Both the position numbers and the translations under genes were made by a program. From positions 27,084 through 91,083 of IMG/VR virus record IMGVR_UViG_3300027969_000073: DNA of 64,000 bases; one strand, given 5' to 3'. Shown one piece after another: positions 19,903 through 30,000 of this stretch; within the stretch, counting starts at the first letter, position 1, and every line of letters starts with the position of its first letter. A model generated the notes under the pieces. It was not told the DNA's origin. It saw nothing but the letters and a program-made list of their open reading frames with translations, and searched no databases. Source of the DNA: a virus.

Positions 19903-22900
19903 TTAAGCTTTTTTAGCTGCTCTTCTTTTTTGGTATTCCATTGCTATCTGCTGTAAATATGGATTAGCTTCTACTCCATACTCTCCTCCTCCATGCATGT
20001 TAGCATAAGCTAAAGCAGCTAAATTAGCTTTGTCAGCATTAGTTTTTTGTCCAATACCTTCTAGTCCTGCTTGCAAGTAATTTTGTTTAGCAGCATCAAT
20101 AGCAGATTTTAATTCAAATGCTTTTAAATTAGCTTGAGATTTGTTTTGACTATTAAACATGTCTGTTTGCATTTTACTTGTGCCATAAGCATTTTCAGCT
20201 TGAGTTCGAATACCTGCTTTAGTATCAGCTTCATTTTTAGCCAACATAGCTCTGTTAGTTAAATAAGCTCCTGCTCCTGGTGCAGCATTCATCATTCCTC
20301 TTGCTGCTCCTGCATAAGCCTCTTCAGCTGCTCTTAGTTGAGGATTAATATTCATTCTGTATGGGTCTACAGGTGTAAATAAATTTTTAGCATTAGGTAC
20401 TTTAGATTTTTTACCAAAAATTCCTTGGTATAAATTATATCCAGCTCCTAAATTACTTCCTACAAATTGCCCTAAAGTTTCATTCATAGAAAACTTATCT
20501 TTCATTGCATCTTGTTCAGTCTTGTAATCAGAGAATTGATTTTTCTTTTTTTCTTCTTCTTCTTTTTCAATCTCTTTTTCTTCTTTTTTTGTAAGATAGT
20601 TTGGCATTACTGGCATATTTCCTGTATTCCAGTCGTAGGCATTTCCTGTACCTGTTAGCAATGTACCATCATTATTTAAAACTACTCCTTTATTATTTTC
20701 TCCTAAAATTTCAGGAGCTTGATAGTTTCCAAAATCATTAGGAAGAGCATCCATATCTTCACTATAATTAAAAGAAGTAGGTAAAGTATTTTCTTGTGCA
20801 GAATAATAAGGATTGTTTAGATTAGGATTAAATTGTCCGTAATCAATGTTACTAGGACGTAATAATCCGCCTTTTGGATAAAGATTAGTTAATGGCTGCC
20901 CCATAGGACCTGCATTATGCATATATCCCCCTGCTCTAAATCCTTGATAAGAAGTATCTTGCATACCTGAAATAGGATTAGTTTCTTGCATTTTTGTAAA
21001 AGCTCCTAGAGCATCTGTTCCACCTTGTACAGCAGCTTGTCCTAATACTCCTAATGTATTATTAGAAGCTTCTTGTGGAATTTGTGTTTGTACTCCAGTT
21101 AATCTTTCTTGATTAGCAGCATCCATTATAGCTTGTTGTTCTGCTCTATCTTGTCTATTTCCTTCAATGCCTCCTTTAATACCTCCAGCAAATAGTCCAA
21201 CACCAGCACCTATTGCGCCCCCAATAGCAGTTCCAATTCCAGGAACTATACTACCAATAGTAGCTCCCATAGAAGCTCCCTTACCAGCTGCTTTTAAAGC
21301 ACCTGCGCCTGCTTGAGTAAAGGCATCGTTGTTTTCTTGCATAAATCCGCCAAAGTCGTACATGTTACCTCCTTTTTTAAATTTTTCTTGGTAATTTACA
21401 TTTTTTTGTATATAATCTTCTCTTTCTTGCGTGAATTTATCTAAATTAGAATTTGTAGGAGTAAGAACTTCAACCCACTTTCCCGTTTTTGAATTATATT
21501 GTTTTCCTATTGTCATAGAATTATTAGAAGGTTCTCGTACTAATTCATTAGATAAAGAATCAATTGCTCTTACAGGTAATGTAGGTAACGTAGAAAAAGT
21601 TTTAGGCATTCCTTGATATGTGCCATCTGGTAATAAAAATACATCAAAATATTTTAAAGGCATTCCATGCTTCATTGCAATATTATTGTCTTTTACAGGA
21701 ATAGCTTTAGGAGGTATAGTTTTAGGTTTTTTCTCATCTTCTGGGTCTCCCATTAATCCTCCACCGTATTCATACATAGTGCCTCCACATTTATAAGACA
21801 TAGGGCCTCCATATCTCATCATACCTTGTTGCGCTTGCATTTGCTCCATCATAGCAGGATCCATTTGTTGTCCTTGCATTGAAGGGTCCATTTGACCTTG
21901 TTGTTGCATCATAGCCATTTCTTCTGGAGAAGGCTGTTCCATTGGAGGTTGAGCTTGCTGTTCTTGAGCTTGCATCATTTGAGCCATAAACTCAGGATGT
22001 TTTTCAGCCATTTTAGCAATGTCTTTTTGTAACTCTTCTTCTTTTTGAGTCTCTTGAGCTTGTGCTAACTTGTCTAAATCTCTAGCAATAGCATTTTGCT
22101 CAATCGTATCAGTTTCTCTTCTAGAATCTGTTCTATTGGCTTTCTTAGATGCATCTGCATAAGTCTTTCCTACAAAACGAGAGTTTATATTAAACTGTTT
22201 TGCAATACCTTTTGAAATAGTAATGTCGTCAGAATAAATAAATTCTTGGGCATTGTTTTTAGTTTCACCTTCTTGTACAAGGTTCATCCCTCCATTTGGA
22301 TTCATACCTTGTGGTATTCCTCCTAAAGGATTTTCTTCATGAGAACCTCCTTCATTAAATTCTGTTAATTGATTCATAAGGCCTCCTTGTGCAAATTTCT
22401 TTTCTTTGTTTCCTCCAAAAATAGTATTACCTCCTCCAAACCATCCTTTAGGAATTGAAGGCGCTTTTCCACTTAAATCAGGCATTTGATTTGTAGGACT
22501 AGCAGTAGTTGTGTACGGTACTATTTCTGGAGTAGTTTGCATATTCATTGGAATGTCTATAGGTCTTAAAGGCCTAATGCCTAAATTATTTATAGGTTGC
22601 ATTCCTTGTTGTATTTCTTCTTGTGGGATTATAGGAGTTTCTGTAGTAGTTGCTGCAGGGATTGCAAATTTAGTCATGTCAACTTTTGCAAGTCTTTTAG
22701 GAATAGAATTTACCATGCCCATGCCAGCGCTAACATAATTTTTTGCTTCTGCATAACCTGCTCTTTGAACTGCTTCAAAATGTTCTTTAGGAGTTTTTGC
22801 ATCAAATACACCGTTTTTTCTATAACGAGGATTGTTGATGTAAAAATCTATTTGAGCTTTTAATCCTTCTTCTGGGGTATTGTATAAACGGTATTGCCCT

Positions 22901-24555
22901 GTTTTAGGACCTGTCCAATTATCATCAGCTTTAATACCTCCAAAATTATTAGCACGTTTTACTAATGAAGAAGTACCATTTCCTGTTTCTAAAAGGATTT
23001 GTGCAACTACTCCATCAATACTTAAATTATCATTAGGACCTAATCGTCCCTCTGCTTTAGCTTGGTTTACATACTGAGTAACAGTTTGATAAATCAATGC
23101 TGTTTTTTCTGCAACACTCATATTAGCCATAGAAGCTAAAGTAGGAGTATCTAATTCTCCTCCTCCTTCAAAAATATTAACATAAGGGTTTCCTAAAAAA
23201 CCTCCCATTTCATGTTGTACTTTATGAGGGTGTCCTTGAACACTTACTGCTTGATTTCCTGGAGTTTTTTCAAAAGCTCCTGATGCATGTCCGTATCCTA
23301 GCCATGCTTTGTATGCTGCGTTTGACTTAAAGTTCATATGTCCTCCTTTTGCGTAAACTGCTGGGTATTGTTCTAAAGAAGAAGAATAGATACTATCATG
23401 TAATCCATTACCACCTTTTTTAAAACTGTCTTCAGGTAAATTAAATTTTCTATTAAATTGTCCACCGTTTTTAAATTCTCTTGAATCATCAGGCATTATA
23501 ATATTTCCAAATAAAGAATGAGTACCATTGTCTCCTTTATATATAGTAGGATATTCTTCTCCTATTCCAAAAGAAACGGGTTTTATATTAAATTCATTAG
23601 GACGACCATCTTCTTTAATAGGTAAAGAAAATTTTCTTAATCTATCAGTATCTATATCAGAAAAATTATTGTCTTTTGGAGCAATATCATTCTTTTTAAC
23701 TCTTTCTAAATTTTGTTGAATTTTATTAATTCCATAATTAATAGGGTATTTAGCGTATACCTCAGCATTAATTACAGGAGTCATTTCTACTCTTCCTGAT
23801 TCTGATTGGTCTGCATAACGATAATTATTTTTACCTTGAGTCATGTCTGCCATAACACTTCCTCTTGCTCCTAATGTTAAGTTACTATGGGGTTTAGTAT
23901 AATTTATATCACCTTTTAACCCATACCCCCAAGTAGCTTTATTTTGTCCTACATTTCCTGCAATATGACCTGCTTGACCAGGAATTACTCTATCTTGTAA
24001 AGTTCCGTAAAGGTCTTTATTTTGTAATATAGCTTTTAAAAAAGCTCCTGATGAACCTCCTAAGCCATTTCTTGTTTCAAACTTATAACCCCCTCCTGCT
24101 TCTACATTTCCGTATCCTTGACGCAATTTACTATAACCTGCTCCTAAATCAAATCTACCATATGGTCCTGACCAATCAGGATCAGGATTCATGTTAGTAG
24201 CACCTGCTTTAAATTCTAAGCCCATGTCTGCTTCACGAGGTCCTCTAGTGTAATCTGTGTATGTAGTAGGTTGCCCAAATTGTATATTAGAAACTACCTC
24301 TTGAGGATTTTCAAATTTACTTGGGTCAGCATTATATGCTCTAGAGTTATCAGCATAACTTTGAGTAAAATCCAAACTCATTGGATAATATAATCCACCT
24401 GGACTAGGTTTATGAAGAAAATTTCCTGTAGATATTCCTGCTCTATATCCTAATGAATTTAAATAATTATCATAGTTATATACCAGAGGAGAAGTATCAA
24501 ATCTCCAAGCATCTGCTTTAGGTTTTCGAATGAATTTCTTTTTATCGTCTGGCAT
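19903..24555 (-). CDS. Multidomain virion cargo protein with GH73 (FlgJ-like glucosaminidase) domain and glycine-zipper TM hairpin
   Basis: AQILLETGNG...NNFGGIKA...AGYAEAKNY (GH73); GATIGSIVPGIGTAIGGAIGAGVG; Q/M-rich linker; many xxGG motifs. Confidence 0.75.
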   Translation of the reverse strand: MPDDKKKFIRKPKADAWRFDTSPLVYNYDNYLNSLGYRAGISTGNFLHKPSPGGLYYPMSLDFTQSYADNSRAYNADPSKFENPQEVVSNIQFGQPTTYTDYTRGPREADMGLEFKAGATNMNPDPDWSGPYGRFDLGAGYSKLRQGYGNVEAGGGYKFETRNGLGGSSGAFLKAILQNKDLYGTLQDRVIPGQAGHIAGNVGQNKATWGYGLKGDINYTKPHSNLTLGARGSVMADMTQGKNNYRYADQSESGRVEMTPVINAEVYAKYPINYGINKIQQNLERVKKNDIAPKDNNFSDIDTDRLRKFSLPIKEDGRPNEFNIKPVSFGIGEEYPTIYKGDNGTHSLFGNIIMPDDSREFKNGGQFNRKFNLPEDSFKKGGNGLHDSIYSSSLEQYPAVYAKGGHMNFKSNAAYKAWLGYGHASGAFEKTPGNQAVSVQGHPHKVQHEMGGFLGNPYVNIFEGGGELDTPTLASMANMSVAEKTALIYQTVTQYVNQAKAEGRLGPNDNLSIDGVVAQILLETGNGTSSLVKRANNFGGIKADDNWTGPKTGQYRLYNTPEEGLKAQIDFYINNPRYRKNGVFDAKTPKEHFEAVQRAGYAEAKNYVSAGMGMVNSIPKRLAKVDMTKFAIPAATTTETPIIPQEEIQQGMQPINNLGIRPLRPIDIPMNMQTTPEIVPYTTTASPTNQMPDLSGKAPSIPKGWFGGGNTIFGGNKEKKFAQGGLMNQLTEFNEGGSHEENPLGGIPQGMNPNGGMNLVQEGETKNNAQEFIYSDDITISKGIAKQFNINSRFVGKTYADASKKANRTDSRRETDTIEQNAIARDLDKLAQAQETQKEEELQKDIAKMAEKHPEFMAQMMQAQEQQAQPPMEQPSPEEMAMMQQQGQMDPSMQGQQMDPAMMEQMQAQQGMMRYGGPMSYKCGGTMYEYGGGLMGDPEDEKKPKTIPPKAIPVKDNNIAMKHGMPLKYFDVFLLPDGTYQGMPKTFSTLPTLPVRAIDSLSNELVREPSNNSMTIGKQYNSKTGKWVEVLTPTNSNLDKFTQEREDYIQKNVNYQEKFKKGGNMYDFGGFMQENNDAFTQAGAGALKAAGKGASMGATIGSIVPGIGTAIGGAIGAGVGLFAGGIKGGIEGNRQDRAEQQAIMDAANQERLTGVQTQIPQEASNNTLGVLGQAAVQGGTDALGAFTKMQETNPISGMQDTSYQGFRAGGYMHNAGPMGQPLTNLYPKGGLLRPSNIDYGQFNPNLNNPYYSAQENTLPTSFNYSEDMDALPNDFGNYQAPEILGENNKGVVLNNDGTLLTGTGNAYDWNTGNMPVMPNYLTKKEEKEIEKEEEEKKKNQFSDYKTEQDAMKDKFSMNETLGQFVGSNLGAGYNLYQGIFGKKSKVPNAKNLFTPVDPYRMNINPQLRAAEEAYAGAARGMMNAAPGAGAYLTNRAMLAKNEADTKAGIRTQAENAYGTSKMQTDMFNSQNKSQANLKAFELKSAIDAAKQNYLQAGLEGIGQKTNADKANLAALAYANMHGGGEYGVEANPYLQQIAMEYQKRRAAKKA

Positions 24556-24598
24556 AATACTAAATTTGAAGTAAAGTTACAACTTTTTTTCTTATTTT

Positions 24599-27040
24599 TT
24601 AATCTTGTTTTGTTTGTTGCCAAGGATTAGCTAATAAAGCTGTTCCTCCTACTGCACCTGTTATAGGAACTAGCGCAGGAAGTGTTCTTGCTTTTTCTGC
24701 AAGAAATTTAGCAGGCCATCTTTTTAATAATTCTTGAGTATCTTCTGATGTTTTTGTTTTTCCTATTTGACTTTCTAAATTATTAATATTATTGAAATAT
24801 TGATTTTTTATTTTTTCCAAATCTGCTTCAGAACCTCCTGCATTTTTTATAGCACGATATTCTGCTTTCATATTATTAAATAATAAATCACCTTCTTTTT
24901 TTAATTTAGCTGCATCTAATTGGTTAATATGTTCTTCTGTAATTGGAGTAGTAAAATAATCATTAATACCTTGAGTTTTTAAATCCTCTTTAAGTTGACG
25001 TAATCTTACTTCAAATTCTGTAGGTTTTGCATGATAATCTAATCCTGTTACATAAGGATCTAAAGTGTTTTCTTCTAGATGAGATCTAGTAAGCCAATTA
25101 GGAAGAAGTTCATCAGAATTAGTTCTTTGATGGCTTAATTCATGCCAAGTTGCTACTGGATTACTTATTTGAGCAGTTCCATTATCTTCTTGATACATGT
25201 ATTCGTTAGTATTAGCATTTGCTACTTTTTGCTTAAATGTAGGAGTATGTCCTGGCATATAAGCAGCATTTGAACTATGCTTACTAGTGTAAACTCCTGA
25301 AGCTCCTTCAGGAACTTGACTAGGATTATATTCTAATTCATTTTTAAGATTTTCTAGTGTAACCTTTTTGTATTGTTCAATATCTACATCAGGATATTCT
25401 TCTTTCATTATTCTTTTAAACTCAGGACTATCATAATATGACTTCATATTTTCAACATACTCTTCTTGCAAAGATTTGTTAGTCTTAGTATTAAAAGGAA
25501 TTATTTTTCCACTTTCAGATTCTTTATAAATAATATTTGGATTAGTCTCTAAATCATGTCCGTAAGTACCAAATACTTTTTCTTCCTGACTTATTTTTTT
25601 AAGGTCCTTAAGTTTATCTGTTGCTTTTAATACTCCTTTTGCATCTTGTGCTAGAGATTTTACTCCTGTTTTTGTTGCACCTATTGAAGGTATAAATCTT
25701 AATCCTTCTAATCCTGCATTCATATAATTACCTGCTTGTAAATTTCTATATACTTTATCTCCTGCATCTAGTAAATTAAGATTAGAATTTAATGCATTTC
25801 CTACAAGATTTCTTCCTTGAACTACTCCTGGATCTATGCCTGCCATACGCATTTCATTAATATTACGAGGCATGTTTTCTACTCCTCCTCCTGATACAGC
25901 ATACTCAAAAGCAGTAAAAGGATTAGTAGCTATTTCCCAAGCTCTACTTGGTCTATCATCAGGGTTAAATTCTTTTATAGTTCCTTGATTAGGATTTCCA
26001 TAAACAACGTTTTCCCCTAAGTATTTATATTCTTCTATTTTTTTTGGATTTAAAAGAATTTCGTTTTTTTGTTCTTTAGTAAGGGTAGCAGAATTTTTTA
26101 TTGCATTAATAGTTTCTGCTCTAACAGCTTGGTTTTCTGCAGCACCTTGATTTAATTTATTTTGCATACTTTTTTGCATGCCTACATCAAAACTATTTTT
26201 AGGTACAGTACTCTCGGCTACTTGTGGCTTGTTATCTAATAACGGGGCATAAGTACGTTGGTACTTATTAGTAGTTGTTGTCATTGGAGTAGCTTGTGCA
26301 TTTAATAACGCAGTACGCTTTCCTGTTGGGTCTTTTACAGGAATAAAACCTTTAGTATGTTCAGTTTGAATATACCATTGATTGTTTACTTTTTGATAAG
26401 TAGCTCCTGGTCTACCTTTGTATGTATACAATTGGCCTCCATCAGCATATTCTCTATTAATCTTTTTTTCTTGTTTTAGCATTTGCTCAGTAGGTTCTTT
26501 TCCTGAACCTGCGTTAGCTCTGATATTATCCCACAATCCTCTTGGAGAGTAGCTACCGTCTGCACGTTTTAGCATACCTCCTTGAGCATATACATTAGGA
26601 TTATCAGCATGCCATTTTTTAGTTGCAGCAACTCCTTCTGCAATAGTATTAGCGTTTGCTTTATTTGTTAAATTAATAGTGTCCCATTGGCCTTTATCTT
26701 CAGCAGGATGATTAACCATTATATTTCCGTCTGCACTTCTGTAAATTCTATGGTACTCACCATTAGCAGTTAAAAACTTTCCTCCATTTTTGTAATAGTT
26801 TCCTAATGCTGATGCATAAATGCTGTCTCTAATTTTACCTTGACTAGTTCTATCTACTAATGGACCTCCATCTAAAAAAGGTAAACTAGTAGTGTCTCTA
26901 AAGATTTGAGTTCCTTTATCAAAATGCATTGGCAATATTGGGGCCATGTATCCTCCGCCTTTATAGTAAGCATCTTGGGCATTCTCACTAGAGAATATGC
27001 TGTGACCATTTAATGTTTGTCTAGGTTGCGCTTTTTTCAT
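24599..27040 (-). CDS. Modular virion cargo protein with C-terminal zincin metallopeptidase-like domain
   Basis: WHELSH...PTEFEVRL (HExxH plus distal E); repeated YxxGG motifs; hydrophobic C-terminus. Confidence 0.6.
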   Translation of the reverse strand: MKKAQPRQTLNGHSIFSSENAQDAYYKGGGYMAPILPMHFDKGTQIFRDTTSLPFLDGGPLVDRTSQGKIRDSIYASALGNYYKNGGKFLTANGEYHRIYRSADGNIMVNHPAEDKGQWDTINLTNKANANTIAEGVAATKKWHADNPNVYAQGGMLKRADGSYSPRGLWDNIRANAGSGKEPTEQMLKQEKKINREYADGGQLYTYKGRPGATYQKVNNQWYIQTEHTKGFIPVKDPTGKRTALLNAQATPMTTTTNKYQRTYAPLLDNKPQVAESTVPKNSFDVGMQKSMQNKLNQGAAENQAVRAETINAIKNSATLTKEQKNEILLNPKKIEEYKYLGENVVYGNPNQGTIKEFNPDDRPSRAWEIATNPFTAFEYAVSGGGVENMPRNINEMRMAGIDPGVVQGRNLVGNALNSNLNLLDAGDKVYRNLQAGNYMNAGLEGLRFIPSIGATKTGVKSLAQDAKGVLKATDKLKDLKKISQEEKVFGTYGHDLETNPNIIYKESESGKIIPFNTKTNKSLQEEYVENMKSYYDSPEFKRIMKEEYPDVDIEQYKKVTLENLKNELEYNPSQVPEGASGVYTSKHSSNAAYMPGHTPTFKQKVANANTNEYMYQEDNGTAQISNPVATWHELSHQRTNSDELLPNWLTRSHLEENTLDPYVTGLDYHAKPTEFEVRLRQLKEDLKTQGINDYFTTPITEEHINQLDAAKLKKEGDLLFNNMKAEYRAIKNAGGSEADLEKIKNQYFNNINNLESQIGKTKTSEDTQELLKRWPAKFLAEKARTLPALVPITGAVGGTALLANPWQQTKQD

Positions 27041-30000
27041 TATAGTACTTGTGGGTCGTAATACGAAATTAAACGATTCATTATAAACTCTTTATTGATA
27101 TTATTATCAAAATACAAAGTTACTATAAAATGAGTACTTCTAAATCTTCCTTGTTGAGATACAGAATTTATATCTCTAGGAAGTTTAACTCTCCATTTAT
27201 CAAATCTTCTTTTAATTCTCCCTGAAGAAAAAGGTATAATACCTGAATCTTGTACTTGTGTTTGGATTCTAAATCCTGTGATAGTTTTAGTTCTATCTAC
27301 TTGTTTTAAATCATCACGCACAATAGAATTAAACTCTAATGTACGTAAAATTTTATTAATATCAGCATTAGGATTAATTACTAATGTAATAGACGCTTCT
27401 TCTACATTACCATAAAATTCTCCCCAATTACCAATATTATGAGTATATACAATGTTTCCTTTTTTAGGATTTGCTGATAAAAGTATATCACCATTTTCTA
27501 TCCACATTTTAGGAGTAGCGCTATACTTTGAAGAAAATTGTTGCATTAATTCATCGTATACTATTGAAGTAGCATTTAATCTAGAAATTATATTTACTAA
27601 ATCTGCATATCTATCTAACTGTTCTTTTAAATCATCTGGAATACTAGAAGCAATAAATTCAATAGTAACTACATAATATAATCCTCCGCTTGTAATAATA
27701 TCTCCTGGATAATAAGTGTCACCTCCTATTACTACTAACACTCTAGGAGTAGTAGATAAGAAAGTGAAGATTACCTCGTCATTAATTCTGTCTTTTCCAA
27801 TAGTAACTCCGTAACCTTTTATTGGGTTATCTCCTTGATTTTCTTTTCTATAAAACACTCCATCAGGTAGTGCTTGTAAAAAACTGTGTATTCCTTTTAA
27901 TTCAGAAAGAGGATTATTTCCTTGTCCGTTAAATACAAAAATCTTTCTGTGAATACCATCAAATAAATATATACCAGAGTCTGTAGTTTTTATACCCCAT
28001 TGGTGAATAGCTCCATGTTCTTTTGAAATATATTGATGCTTACCAAATCCTTGACCTGTACCTAATTGCGTAGGAACTCCATCATTAGTAGAAGTAATAG
28101 CTGCACGATTGATAGCATAAGCTCCAAATCCTCTATCTTGAATAAAATAAACTGTATCTTTCCAATTGACGATTTTATTAATTGGACCATAGTCATCTAT
28201 ATCATAATAATTATTTACACCAAATTTTGTCCATGCATCAATTTTATCTCCATTGATTTTTACATTTGATAAATATGCTCGGATGTCATTAGCAGCTGAG
28301 GTATTATCAAAGTTTAATGGTTTAGTAAAAAATACTACATTACTATTTTCTTGAGAATACACTGTATTATAAGCGTACATGTACAAGTTTTCTCCGTACT
28401 GTGTATAAGTATTATTAGTTTCTTGTCTAAGTACTGTATTTTGAGTATCGTTTAAAGCTTCTGTATATTTAACTCCAGTTTTTAAAGTAGCTCCTTGTGC
28501 TAAATCAATATTTATAGAAGACTCTACTGGGAAAGCTCCTGTTGTAGAATAAGAAGTTCCAAAAGCATCAGGAGTACCTGTACCAGCATTTTTATAAAAT
28601 ATCGTATTTAACTCAAGAGTAGTTCCTTGAAAAGTAAACATGTTTATAAAAATGTCTCCTCCAAATACTTTAGGATTAGTTTCTGTTACAGGAATAATTG
28701 GAGAAGCAGAAATAAAAGTATTAGCCGCTAATACATCATCTGTGTAACCTCCGTAAACTTCTTCTTTAGGAAGAACAATATCTACAATAGGAGTATATAA
28801 ATAATTAGCTCCTGAATATGGAGTTGATGTAGAGGCTGCTACATCTGGTCCAAAATTATCATAAGCTGAAGAAGCTGGAATTGGCTGTAAAGGGTCAATT
28901 GGATCAAATAATAATTTTCCTATTCTACCTATAATTCCTGTAGCTCCTTTATTAATTAAACGAGCAGGGTCAGCTGGACCAGGTCCGTTTTGTGGGTCAT
29001 TTATTCCTGAGCCTCCTACATTATAAGTTGCAGAGTAATTTCGTAGATAAGTTGCTGTACCTCCTACATCAAATGGCCCAATTATATTATCAGTGTATTC
29101 TGAAGTAGAATACATTCCTACTTTTGATTTACCATTTGCCCAGATTTTAATATTTTCAGGAGATAAACTATCAAGATTATAAGTAGTTCTCATAGTCAAT
29201 CTGTAATCTTCTGCAAATGCGCATAAATCTTCAGGACCTGATAAATCTACTGAAGGTATATAAGTTCCTCCAGGCTGATAAAATGCTCCTGTAACAAGTA
29301 CACATGCATTATTAGAGGAGGTAATTAATTCAGGTATATTATCAAAATTGTAAGAAATATCTGCACTATGGTAAGCAATAAAGTCTCCTGGAATACTTCC
29401 ATAAGTATCGACTGCTCCATGTAAATGCTCAAAATGAGTTCCTATTACATTTTCAGGGTAAATATGATAAATATCACTACCTCCTGATATTACTGTTCCT
29501 CCTACAGGTTGAGTTAAATCAAAATCTAATCCACTACCAGTAGGTCCAATTTCAATGTCTGCAAAAGCTTTTATAATACCTGAAGTAATACGTCTTTTAT
29601 CTACATCAGTTCTTTCTAATCTTACTATTTGATAACTTTCAACTTCTGATAAAAAGTCTGGGCAAGTAGAAAAGTCTAAAGTAAATTCTACTCCTAAAGC
29701 ATACCCATAAGTAGTAGTGCCGCTAGAAGTAGTTAATGGAAAATAATTAGTACCTGAATTATTGGTTGTTCCATCTTGATCGGAAATATCTGGAAATTTA
29801 ATATCACATAAGTGCTCTACAAAAGAACTTTCTCCTTTTTTATTGTAAAACACTATTCCAAAACGATAAGTTTCTCCACGTTTATATCCTCGAAGTAATC
29901 CTGATATAAAAGGTGAAGCATTATTTGGAAAAGTAATATTTTGATAAACACCTGCTCCATCATCTAAATCATGAGGAGGAGGAGTAGGACCATAGTCAGG

